The position numbers and the translations under genes are program-made. From Terriglobia bacterium (lineage in GTDB: Bacteria > Acidobacteriota > Polarisedimenticolia > Polarisedimenticolales > JAIQFR01): a DNA stretch of 64,000 nucleotides. Shown here one piece after another: positions 40,201 to 48,727 of the stretch (positions within the stretch are counted from its first letter, which is position 1; each line of letters begins with the position of its first letter). The notes below the pieces were generated by a model. It ran no database searches, was not told the origin of the DNA, and worked only from the letters and a program-made list of their open reading frames with translations. Location of the stretch: the NCBI GenBank assembly GCA_963790465.1, contig CAWBOP010000011.1:73984-137983 (forward strand), written 5' to 3'.

Positions 40201-41898
40201 GGACTCAACACCAACCTGCTGTCCGACGGCATGCGTTGCCAGTACAGCGACCCCGACTACATCAACTCCAACTCCTACGGCGAGAAATACTGCTACCTGG
40301 GATTCGCGGGCAAAACCGATGAGTTCAACATTTTCGACTGGCACATTCACTCGACCGCGAGCCCCGACGGCGGACGCGCCTTCCTGGGAAGTAATTCCCT
40401 GCACTACGGCTTCCACCAGTCGGCCTCGGCGGACAACGACATAACCCACTTCTCCTCGATGGACGCGATCCGGATAAACAATCCGGTCAACCTCGGGTAC
40501 ACCCCCGTGACCCCAGGCGATCCCGAGATGTCGTTCAAGATGCAGGTTTCGATGATGGACTACCGCTCTGTCAACGCGCTCTTCATGCAGGCCCCCGACC
40601 GCGCTGTCGTCGAGCTCCAGTTCGCCGACACCGCCGGCACCCCCACGGGCGTCTGGCAGAAGCTGTATCCGTTCGAGAACACTTACGACATCCAGACCTC
40701 AAACAACTACATCAACTGTATTTTCGACCCGAGCGACGACGGCAACAACGAGGACAGCTATTTCTCGCCGACCGATCCGCTCAGGTGGTTGGGCCCCTCC
40801 ACCACCTGCTACCCGGAGTTCAACTTCGGGTCGGTCGGTAGCACCAACTGGAACAACGGGTTCATCCCCGGCACTACCGAGCGCGCTTCCGACGACCGCA
40901 TCGGCCTGCAGGGCTCGATCGATCGCGGCACCTGGGTCCAGACGAAGTTCAACTTCGATCGGTACCTCGGCCGCAGCGTCCGTCTCCGTTTCCTCGCAAC
41001 CACGATCAAGGTGAACGACACCACGGATTGCATCGCGCTCGGCTTCCCGAACAAGAGGTCGCTGGACGACGGGTGGTGGATCGATGACCTCCGGATCTCC
41101 AACACGATGAGCAGCCCGGCCACGATATCCGCGGACACCAAGGACAACTCCGCGCTCGCGGCCTGCCCGGCCAACTGCACGACGGTCACGGCAGCGCTCG
41201 TCTCCAGCCCGAGTACCGCTCTCGCGGCGCCCGGCCAGGTGGTTGAGCTTCGCGCCGCCGGCTCGTCCGCCGACATCTGCCTCTCCGGCACGCTCCAGTA
41301 CCAGTTCTGGCTCGACAACAATAGCAACGGAACGTTGAGCACCGTCGACGGCGACACGCTGGCGCGCGATTGGTCCGACAACTCGGCGTACATCGATGCT
41401 CCGCTGTACTCGACGCAATATGGCGTCAAGGTCCGTTGCTCCTCGGCGCCGACTTGCGCGAGCCAAGCGGTCCGCGCCGTCGTCGTCACCTGCCCGGGCA
41501 CCGTGCAGACGTTCTTCTGCCCCACCATCTACGTCAACAAGCTCAATCTCACTGGCACCGTCGAACCGGACAACACCGTCTGGGTCGCGGGCCTTACCGC
41601 GGCTACCCCTGTCGACGTGATTGCCGGCAATCTCACCGCGCTGAGGACTGCCAAAACCTACACCGGCAGCGCGCTGGCGTGCCTGGCGAACGACGGCACC
41701 CTCCCGTATTACATCCCCATCGGCCCAACGATCCTCGACACGACGCTGGCGCTCACCCCCGGCCAGGCGCAGTACTACCTGTGCCGGCCCCAGGGGGCGA
41801 GTTACTGCAACGCGAAATACACCTACAGCGCGGGCGCCCCGAAGGAATTGGCGGGTCGCGACACCGAGATCGCCGCGGGCGCGATCAAGTGCCCCTGA
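34290..41898 (+). CDS. Giant secreted subtilisin-like serine protease (peptidase S8), about 2,500 aa, with a very long C-terminal extension (one apparent frameshift at G-run 35677-35680)
   Basis: AGGAGGAGGA RBS then ATG 34290. Signal peptide MRIRFLAGWRGLTLAAAVASLVLLSATGAFA. Catalytic triad context: LMVLDSGIQ (Asp), GGFTHGQMVSATALG (His), LFVSAGNS (oxyanion Asn), GVAGTSFASPAAAGAALL (Ser). The protein continues from ORF 34212..36839 into ORF 35755..41898 at ...AFNFSWG/VNTNNPVYGTNATKIDQFLFDNKDAMLFVSAGNS. Confidence 0.85.
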
Positions 41899-41925
41899 TC
41901 CTTAGAAGTTAACCGTTTCTTTCAA

Positions 41926-41955
41926 GGGGAGGGACTTCGGTCCCTCCCCTTTTTT
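41926..41955 (+). terminator. Rho-independent terminator after the giant protease gene
   Basis: GGGGAGGGAC-TTCG-GTCCCTCCCC (perfect 10-bp stem) followed by TTTTTT, 28 nt after the stop codon. Confidence 0.85.
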
Positions 41956-42049
41956 CATGGGGGCTGGGGCAGTCTGTTGGATCTGAAGCCGGGTTCGCCG
42001 CGAATGAGCGCCGCGGAATCGCTCGGCGCCACGCGCTCGACCCGCCGGG

Positions 42050-43759
42050 TCAGCTTCTGGAATTCCGGACTGTCGCCGACGAACGAGTTGCCGGAATCGG
42101 GCGGCCCGGGGCGGGCTTGGCCGCGCGGGCCGGGAACAGCACCCCCGGCGCGAACCTCCATTCCGGATCGAGGGCCGCCTTGATCGTTCGCATCGAGGCG
42201 ACGGCGTCCTCCCCCAGGAATCGCCGGAGCATCTCCTGCTTGACCGCGCTCTTGCCGACGCCGTGCTCCGACAGCGGCGCCCCTCCCCGTTTCGCCGCCT
42301 CGTCCGCGAATTCGAGCAGCGCCTCGACCGCGAGGCGCGCCTCGCCGCTCGTCCGCGGCATCGCGTTGGGGTGGAGGTTGCCGTCGGAGACGTGCCCCCA
42401 GATCGCGAATTCGAGCCCGCGCCGGGAGAACCCGTCCTCGTAGAGGTGCAGCATCTCGCCGACGCGCTCGAACGGCACGATCAGGTCGCCGCCGATCTTT
42501 CTCGCGCCCGGGTCGTCGAGCCGGCGGCTCGCGAGAATCTCGTTGACCCGCTTCGGTACCGCCTCCCGGAACTCGTGGAGCGCCTCCCTCCTCTGGCCGT
42601 CCTCGGGGAACGCGAGGTCGAGGCTCGGGAGAACGCCGTGCCGCGCCAGGATGCGGAGGAGCCTCTCGAGGGGACCGTCCGGCGCCCCCCCGCCCTCTTC
42701 GAGAAAGGCGGCGAGCAAGCTCTGCGCCTCGTCGTTGCCGAGGCGCTCGGGCAACTCGATCTCGAACAGCAGACCGGCTCCGGCCCCGTCGGGAATCGAG
42801 ACCCTGAGCTTGCGGGCGTCGCCGTGCACGCGGAGAAGCTCGAGCGCGCGAGCGTCCACGAGCTCGATGGCGCGCACGTCGGGTCCGGAGCTGTCGCCGC
42901 TCCGTCGGGCCGACAGCGCGGAGCGACGGAGATCGGCGGCGATGGCGACGGCCGCGTCGAGGCCGTCCGGGAACACGAGACCGGTCATCACCGCGGGGGG
43001 GGCCGCCACGAGGTCCACGGTCGCCTCGGTGATCAGCCCGAGCGTCCCCTCCGATCCGACGAACAGGTCCACGAGGTCGAGCGGATCGGAGGCGTGGTAG
43101 CCGGCGGAGATCTTCTTGAGATCGGGGAGGCGCCAGTCCGGAACGGGCACCTCGAGAACCCGGCCGTCCGACAACCGAACGCGGAAACACCCACCGCGAC
43201 GCGCGACCGCCTCCCCTCGCTCGAGCACGAGCAGGTCCCCGTTGAACAGCAGCACCCGTAGACCGCGCACCCACTGCCGGGTGACGCCGTACTTGAAGGT
43301 CGCCGCGCCGCCCGCGTTGGTCGCGACGGTGCCGCCGAGCATCGCTTCCTGATAGGTCGGCACCGGCGGGTAGTAGAGCCCTTGCGACGCGAGCGCTCGC
43401 TGAAGGTCCTCGAGCCGGACCCCGGCGCCCACCGAGACGCGCGCACCGCCGGCGCGCCGCTCCACCTGCCCGATGGCGTCGAGCTTCTCGACCGACACCA
43501 CGATCTCGCCGTCGGGGACCGCGCCCCCCGTGAGCGACGAGCGCGCAGCCTGCGGGAGGATGGCGACCCCTCTTCCCGCCGTCGCGCGCAGGAAGGCCGC
43601 CGCCTCCCCTTCGGTCGCCGGCCGGAGCAACCCCGCGGCGCGACCCGGCGGGTTTCCCGAGGCATCCTCGAGGTACGCCTCGAGGATTCCGGGATCGACC
43701 ACCGGCTCGGGGACCGCGACACTGTGAAGTGCGCGGGCTTCGACGAGGGGACCGGGCAT
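42050..43759 (-). CDS. FAD-linked oxidase (GlcD / D-lactate dehydrogenase-like)
   Basis: From ATG 43759 (MPGPLVEARAL...): FAD_binding_4-type region ILPQAARSSLTGGAVP...VSVGAGVRLEDLQRAL...GGTVATNAGGAATFKYG, and C-terminal GGAPLSEHGVGKSAVKQ. The upstream 139 codons of ORF 42050..44176 overlap the next gene and look non-coding. Confidence 0.85.
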   Translation of the reverse strand: MPGPLVEARALHSVAVPEPVVDPGILEAYLEDASGNPPGRAAGLLRPATEGEAAAFLRATAGRGVAILPQAARSSLTGGAVPDGEIVVSVEKLDAIGQVERRAGGARVSVGAGVRLEDLQRALASQGLYYPPVPTYQEAMLGGTVATNAGGAATFKYGVTRQWVRGLRVLLFNGDLLVLERGEAVARRGGCFRVRLSDGRVLEVPVPDWRLPDLKKISAGYHASDPLDLVDLFVGSEGTLGLITEATVDLVAAPPAVMTGLVFPDGLDAAVAIAADLRRSALSARRSGDSSGPDVRAIELVDARALELLRVHGDARKLRVSIPDGAGAGLLFEIELPERLGNDEAQSLLAAFLEEGGGAPDGPLERLLRILARHGVLPSLDLAFPEDGQRREALHEFREAVPKRVNEILASRRLDDPGARKIGGDLIVPFERVGEMLHLYEDGFSRRGLEFAIWGHVSDGNLHPNAMPRTSGEARLAVEALLEFADEAAKRGGAPLSEHGVGKSAVKQEMLRRFLGEDAVASMRTIKAALDPEWRFAPGVLFPARAAKPAPGRPIPATRSSATVRNSRS

Positions 43760-43779
43760 CGGCGGCGGGATCCTCGGGG

Positions 43780-44106
43780 TCAGACGGTCGCCCCTCTCGG
43801 GGGAGTCGCCCCCACGAGTTTCACGAGGCCCCAGACCGCGAGCGCCATGAGAAGGACCGGCGCCACGACCATCAGCAGCAGCCCTCCGACCACCAAGAAG
43901 GGGAGTAGCAGCAGTCCGCCGGCGAGAGCCGCGACGCCGAGGACCAGTCCGCCGAGGCCGAGACCGAGGCCGACCACAGCCGCCGCGATCTTGAGGGGAA
44001 TCAGCACGATCTTGAACACGAGCCGCAAGACGAGGCCCGCGACGAGAAACGGCAGCAGCGCCGCGAATCCGAAGAGCAGCATCCCACCGAGCAACATGCC
44101 GAACAT
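43780..44106 (-). CDS. Small hydrophobic membrane protein (about 4 TM), unknown function
   Basis: 108 aa, almost entirely L/G/V/A. GAGGAG RBS 7 nt upstream of the ATG. Lies 20 nt upstream of the oxidase gene on the same strand. Confidence 0.55.
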   Translation of the reverse strand: MFGMLLGGMLLFGFAALLPFLVAGLVLRLVFKIVLIPLKIAAAVVGLGLGLGGLVLGVAALAGGLLLLPFLVVGGLLLMVVAPVLLMALAVWGLVKLVGATPPRGATV

Positions 44107-44318
44107 CGCCAGACTCCTCAGCCCCGGGGGCCCGGGCTCTCGCGGCTACCCGTTCCGGGGCTCCCGACATAAGCATACGGCTTCCCCGGCGCAGGGTTCC
44201 GGGAATCCGTTGACGAAGAACGGGGATATTCTGCTTTTTCGCGCAATTTCCGTACGCACGAAGTCGCCGGGAAGACGCGTGCGTGAGGATTACGAAACAA
44301 GCAGAATGTCCCCACCTC

Positions 44319-45845
44319 CTACAAGTCGAATTCCACGGCCTGGGCGAGCGGAAGTTCCCGGCTCCAGTTGAGGGTGTTGGTCTGCCGCCGCATGTAGACC
44401 TTCCAGGAGTCGGAGCCGGCCTCGCGGCCGCCGCCGGTGTCCTTCTCCCCCCCGAACGCTCCGCCGATCTCGGCGCCCGACGTTCCGATGTTCACGTTCG
44501 CGATCCCGCAGTCGCTGCCGAGGTGGCTGAGGAAGGTCTCCGCCGAGATCAGGCTCGTCGTGAAGATCGCCGAGGACAGCCCCTGTGGCACGTCGTTGTG
44601 GAGCGCTATCGCGTCGTCCAGGGTGTCCACCTCGTAGAGGTAGAGGATCGGCGCGAAGGTCTCGTCCTTCGCAACCTCGAGCCCCTTGTGCGCCTTCACG
44701 AGGGTCGGCTCGACGAAGTACCCGCTCCGGTCCAGCTTCTTCCCGCCGCAGAGCACGGCGCCCCCCTCCGCCTTCGCCCGATCGAGGGCCGCCATCATTT
44801 CGGCCACCGCCTCGGCGTCGATCAGCGGTCCCATCAAGGTCTTCTCGTCCAGAGGATCTCCGATCCGGACCTCACGGTAGGCGGCGACGAGGCGATCGGT
44901 CAGCTCCTTCGCGATCCCCTTCTGCGCGATCACCCGGCGCGTCGAGGTGCAGCGCTGGCCCGCGGTCCCGACGGCGCCGAACAGGATCGCCCGGACCGCG
45001 AGGTCGAGGCTGGCGTCGTCCATCACGACGATGGCGTTGTTCCCGCCCAGTTCGAGGATCGTCCTGCCGAGCCGCTCTCCGACGACGGTGGCGATCCGCC
45101 GGCCCATCCGGCAGGAACCGGTGGCGGAGATCAGCGGGATCCTGCGGTCGTTAAGCATCCGCTCCCCCACGTCCTTGCCCCGTCCGATCATCACGTTGAA
45201 CACCCCGTGGAGGCCGTTCCGCTTCATCACGTCGTTGCAGATATTCTGGACCGCCACCGCGGTGAGCGGGGTCTTGGACGACGGCTTCCAGATCATGGTG
45301 TCGCCGCAGACCGCCGCGATCGCGGCATTCCAGGACCAGACCGCCACCGGGAAGTTGAACGCGCTGACGATCCCGACGATCCCGAGCGGGTGCCACTGCT
45401 CGTACATCCGGTGCATCGGCCGCTCGGAGTGCATCGTCAGCCCGTAGAGCTGCCGGGAGAGGCCGACGGCGAAGTCGCAGATGTCGATCATCTCCTGGAC
45501 CTCGCCGAGCCCCTCGGAGAGGATCTTTCCGGTCTCGAGGGACACGAGCCGGCCCAGGTTCTTCCTGTGCTTGCGCAGCTCCTCCCCCAGCTGCCGGACG
45601 ATCTCGCCCCGCCCCGGCGCCGGCGTCATTCGCCAGGTCAGCAGCGCCTTCTCCGCCTCGACGACCACCTTCTCGTAGTCGTCGGCGGTGGCTTGCAGGA
45701 CGCTCGCGATCGGCTCGCCGGTGGTCGGGTTGACGGACACGAGTTCGGGGCCGTGGGTCTCGATCCAGGCGCCGGTGCATGCGCCGGGACTCACCGGGCG
45801 GACGCCGAGCGATTCGAGCAGGGAGTGGTCCGTCATCGCCGCCAT
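44319..45845 (-). CDS. Aldehyde dehydrogenase, ALDH7/antiquitin-like (aminoadipate-semialdehyde / piperideine-6-carboxylate dehydrogenase type)
   Basis: From ATG 45845 (GGAGG RBS): FNFPVAVWSWNAAIA, ILELGGNNAIVV, GTAGQRCTSTRR, and C-terminal EIGGAFGGEKDTGGGREAGSDSWKVYMRR, typical of the ALDH7 group. Confidence 0.9.
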   Translation of the reverse strand: MAAMTDHSLLESLGVRPVSPGACTGAWIETHGPELVSVNPTTGEPIASVLQATADDYEKVVVEAEKALLTWRMTPAPGRGEIVRQLGEELRKHRKNLGRLVSLETGKILSEGLGEVQEMIDICDFAVGLSRQLYGLTMHSERPMHRMYEQWHPLGIVGIVSAFNFPVAVWSWNAAIAAVCGDTMIWKPSSKTPLTAVAVQNICNDVMKRNGLHGVFNVMIGRGKDVGERMLNDRRIPLISATGSCRMGRRIATVVGERLGRTILELGGNNAIVVMDDASLDLAVRAILFGAVGTAGQRCTSTRRVIAQKGIAKELTDRLVAAYREVRIGDPLDEKTLMGPLIDAEAVAEMMAALDRAKAEGGAVLCGGKKLDRSGYFVEPTLVKAHKGLEVAKDETFAPILYLYEVDTLDDAIALHNDVPQGLSSAIFTTSLISAETFLSHLGSDCGIANVNIGTSGAEIGGAFGGEKDTGGGREAGSDSWKVYMRRQTNTLNWSRELPLAQAVEFDL

Positions 45846-46070
45846 GGGAACCTCCGTGAAAAACGTGGAAATCCGCGTGCACTGGATGCAGAGCCAGTCT
45901 AGCAAACGAAGGGCGATGCGTCAGGTCGGACAAAAGGGGCGCACCACAGGAGACGGTCCACTCCATCGGGCCTCCGGGGCGCGCCAAGGAAAACCAGGAC
46001 GGCATGCGGATGCCAAGAATCAGGTCGGTCCACTCGGACCGAGGCGTCGAGAGGCGAATACAATGGTCCC

Positions 46071-46583
46071 GTGACGAAACGAAGAGACGACGATTCCGAC
46101 GCCGAGGAATTCAAGAGTGCGGTGAAGGACGTCATCCCTCTCGAGCCGGATCCGCGCGGGCGGAATCGCCCTCGTCCACCGATCCGTGCACCGACCCGCG
46201 CCTCTCGTCCCGCGGCGACGCCGTCAACCGTCGGTGTCGCGGACGGATCGAACGAGGATTTCGTCGCGCCCGGCGTGAATCGCCTCGAGATCAAAAAACT
46301 GAAACGCGGAGAATACTCCGCCGACGCCTGGCAGGACCTGCACCTCATGACAGCCGCCAAAGCGTGCGCGATCGTGGAACGGTTTCTCGACGAGAGCCGT
46401 CGGAAAGGCCATCGGTGCGTTTGCATCGTGCATGGCCGCGGCTTGCACTCGGAAGGGGCAGTTCCGGTCCTGAAGGCACGCGTGCGGGATTACCTCAGGT
46501 CACATCCGTCCGTGCTGGCTTACGCCGACGCGCCGCGGTCCGACGGCGGACCTGGAGCCGTTTACGTCCTGCTGCGGAAGTGA
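46071..46583 (+). CDS. Smr-domain protein (SmrA/MutS2-C-like nuclease domain)
   Basis: C-terminal DLHLMTAAKACAIVERFLDESRRKGHRCVCIVHGRGLHS...VLKARVRDYL is the Smr signature. Confidence 0.8.
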   Translation: MTKRRDDDSDAEEFKSAVKDVIPLEPDPRGRNRPRPPIRAPTRASRPAATPSTVGVADGSNEDFVAPGVNRLEIKKLKRGEYSADAWQDLHLMTAAKACAIVERFLDESRRKGHRCVCIVHGRGLHSEGAVPVLKARVRDYLRSHPSVLAYADAPRSDGGPGAVYVLLRK

Positions 46584-46829
46584 AGATCCATCAGCTCTCG
46601 ACGCATCGCGAAACCTCCGCCTCACGGAATCCCCAACTCTCTCGACGAAGTCGCGGAGCGCCCCGCCGCCGCGGCTTCCGGGCGCGAGGAGATGGAAGGC
46701 CTCCGTCAGGACGGGCACGGTCGTGAAAAGCGGGTCGCGCTCGCGGCGCAGGGCGGCCCGCGAGCGCGCGTGCGCTCCGTCCTTCGGGTCGAACAGCGAG
46801 ACCAGGGGGCCGGTGTCGACGAGGATCAC
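46500..46829 (-). CDS. vapC: PIN-domain toxin (VapC-like), C-terminal third atypical or possibly disrupted
   Basis: MILVDTGPLVSLFD (first PIN Asp) and TTVPVLTEAFHLL (conserved Glu). After about residue 60 the sequence is Arg/Ser/Gly-rich and overlaps the Smr gene 3-prime end by 84 nt. Confidence 0.6.
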   Translation of the reverse strand: MILVDTGPLVSLFDPKDGAHARSRAALRRERDPLFTTVPVLTEAFHLLAPGSRGGGALRDFVERVGDSVRRRFRDASRADGSSLPQQDVNGSRSAVGPRRVGVSQHGRM

Positions 46830-47086
46830 CGGCGGTGCTTCCGCCGGATCACCTCCCGGACCGCGCGCTTGGCGCCGGCACCCTCCGACCGAGCGTAGCC
46901 ACCGGGTCCCAGGTCGAGGCCCTCGTAGACCTCCCAGGCCGTCGCGGAGGGCTCCCGGCGCAGCCCCCGAAGCAGGGCGAGCAGCCCGCTCTTCAAGGTC
47001 GCCGAGATCGTCATGCCGGTCTTGCGACGCAACTCGGCGAGCACTTGCTCGGCCTCGTCGTCCAGGCGCACGGTGCGCGACGCCAT
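46826..47086 (-). CDS. vapB: Ribbon-helix-helix antitoxin (VapB-like)
   Basis: ATG 47086 after GAGGAG. MASRTVRLDDEAEQVLAELRRKTGMTISATLKSGL is a typical RHH N-terminus. The stop overlaps the toxin ATG (ATGA). Confidence 0.65.
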   Translation of the reverse strand: MASRTVRLDDEAEQVLAELRRKTGMTISATLKSGLLALLRGLRREPSATAWEVYEGLDLGPGGYARSEGAGAKRAVREVIRRKHRR

Positions 47087-47217
47087 CGGAAACTCCTCTG
47101 TCGGACAGTTTGTATTACGTCCCTGTGGCGCCGTCAACTTTCGAGGCCCGCGCAAGCGAACTCAGTTCGCCTTCCCCGCCTGGCCACGAACGAGAGGGTT
47201 GGGAAAGGGCCGCGCCG

Positions 47218-48351
47218 TCATGACGACCGCGCATCGTACGGATCTTCCGTCGACTTCGGTTCACGCGTCGCCGCTCGAATCGATTGCAGTCCGAAAGACG
47301 CCACGTAGAACCGGCCGCGCTTCTCGCCGTGCGCGACGAGAAACCCGGCGTCCACGAGGAGCTTCAGGTCCCTGCTCGCGACGAAGTCCGAGACCTCCGC
47401 GACCGAGCGATACGTGGCGTTCCGCACCTTGAGGCCGGACGCGGCATCCGCCAGCGCGAGGATGACGCGCTCCGGCAGGTGCTTCTGGGCCAGCTCCTGC
47501 TCCAGCGCATTCCAGAGACGGGCCGTTTCCTTCGTTCGCCTCAGGAGCGTGCTGGCCTGCCTGTGGTGCGCGGTCAGTATGAACCGTACCCACGGTCTTG
47601 TATCGCGGCTCGGGTCCCAGCCGCCGCCGCCCACGCTTGCGAGCACGTCGTAGTACGCCCGGGTGTTTCGGCCAAGGTACTCTTCGATGCTGCAGAAGTG
47701 AGTGGAGAGGATCCCTTCCCGCGCCAGTGCCAGGGTCTGAAGGCACCGGGCCATGCGGCCGTTTCCATCGGCGTGGGGATGGATCATGACGAAGTTCAAG
47801 TGGGCCATGCCCGCGCGCACGAGAACCGGCGTGCCTATGTCGGCGGCGTTCAGCTCCGCGACGAGCTCGTCCATGAGAGCAGGCACGAACTCCGCCGGCG
47901 GTCCTTCGTATACCGTCTCGTGCTTCTCCTCGTCACGCACGAAGATCGGACCTCGGCGCCACTTCCCCGGCGCCTTCGCCAGGTCGTACTGAAGCATCAT
48001 GTAGTGGAGACTTCGCAGTAGCCCCACCGAGTGGGCGAAGTGCGGATCGTCGGCGAGTTGCAGGACATAGGTCATCGCCTGCCGATAGCCTCTCACGGCC
48101 ATCCAGGCGTCGGCGCTTGCGTCCAGAGGATCCTGGCCCTCGGCGGCGGCGATCGCGTCGTCCACCGTGACGTTGTAACCCTCGATGGTGTTGGAACCGC
48201 GAATGGCGCGGGCGAAGGCGACCCGCCGGAGCAGACCGGTCCACCTCTTCGGCTCGCCTCCCACCGCGTACCGCAACACGCGCCGAAGCTCGTCGACTTC
48301 CGCGATCACCCTCGCGTCGTGCTCGTCCAGCTTCGGCGCTTCGAAGAGCAT
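47218..48351 (-). CDS. Fic/DOC family protein (AMPylase-type) with N-terminal inhibitory-helix motif and C-terminal wHTH-like region
   Basis: Fic motif HPHADGNGRMARCL. SNTIEG matches (S/T)xxxE(G/N). ATG 48351 follows GGAGAA; TTG 48366 is an alternative start. Confidence 0.85.
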   Translation of the reverse strand: MLFEAPKLDEHDARVIAEVDELRRVLRYAVGGEPKRWTGLLRRVAFARAIRGSNTIEGYNVTVDDAIAAAEGQDPLDASADAWMAVRGYRQAMTYVLQLADDPHFAHSVGLLRSLHYMMLQYDLAKAPGKWRRGPIFVRDEEKHETVYEGPPAEFVPALMDELVAELNAADIGTPVLVRAGMAHLNFVMIHPHADGNGRMARCLQTLALAREGILSTHFCSIEEYLGRNTRAYYDVLASVGGGGWDPSRDTRPWVRFILTAHHRQASTLLRRTKETARLWNALEQELAQKHLPERVILALADAASGLKVRNATYRSVAEVSDFVASRDLKLLVDAGFLVAHGEKRGRFYVASFGLQSIRAATREPKSTEDPYDARSS

Positions 48352-48376
48352 GCCATTCTCCAGCAACTCAAGTCAT

Positions 48377-48405
48377 ATAATAACCGACTCCGAATCGGTT
48401 GTCAA
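48377..48405 (-). promoter_or_regulatory. Consensus-like sigma70 promoter of the Fic gene with an embedded inverted repeat
   Basis: On the - strand: TTGACA (48405-48400), 17-nt spacer ACCGATTCGGAGTCGGT containing the inverted repeat ACCGA...TCGGT, then TATTAT (48382-48377). Confidence 0.5.
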
Positions 48406-48727
48406 TTGCTTATCCGACTTGAGGCTTCAAGCCATTGATGGGACTGACCTTGGCAAAGTCGAAGACGCTCCTCGGGACTCCGCCATGCGGCACAGCGCCA
48501 CCAGGTCGGTCTCAACGATGCCGCGACGCGGGAGCTAAGCGACACACCCACCGTCGCATTCTCTCTCTTCACGGCGCCGTGAAATATAATACCCATAATT
48601 GACATATATGCTCATAACAGGTAATATTTAAACTGAAGTTCCCGGGCCTGTAGGCACAGAAATCCACGGACACCGTTGCCAGATCAAAGGAAAGGTTGAA
48701 ATTCGTGTGTCATAACGTTGGCCACGA

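Noticed and set aside
35665-40449. 1,594-aa antisense ORF opposite the S8 protease gene, and similar very long ORFs (5738..8599 -, 1921..3729 -, 2628..4838 +, 9605..13285 -, 59880..62927 +, 59875..62400 -, 51404..53548 +)
   Set aside because: Their translations are Arg/Gly/Pro/Asp-rich low-complexity sequence with no motifs, and they lie opposite or out of frame to genes with clear family signatures. These are typical stop-poor shadow frames of high-G+C DNA.
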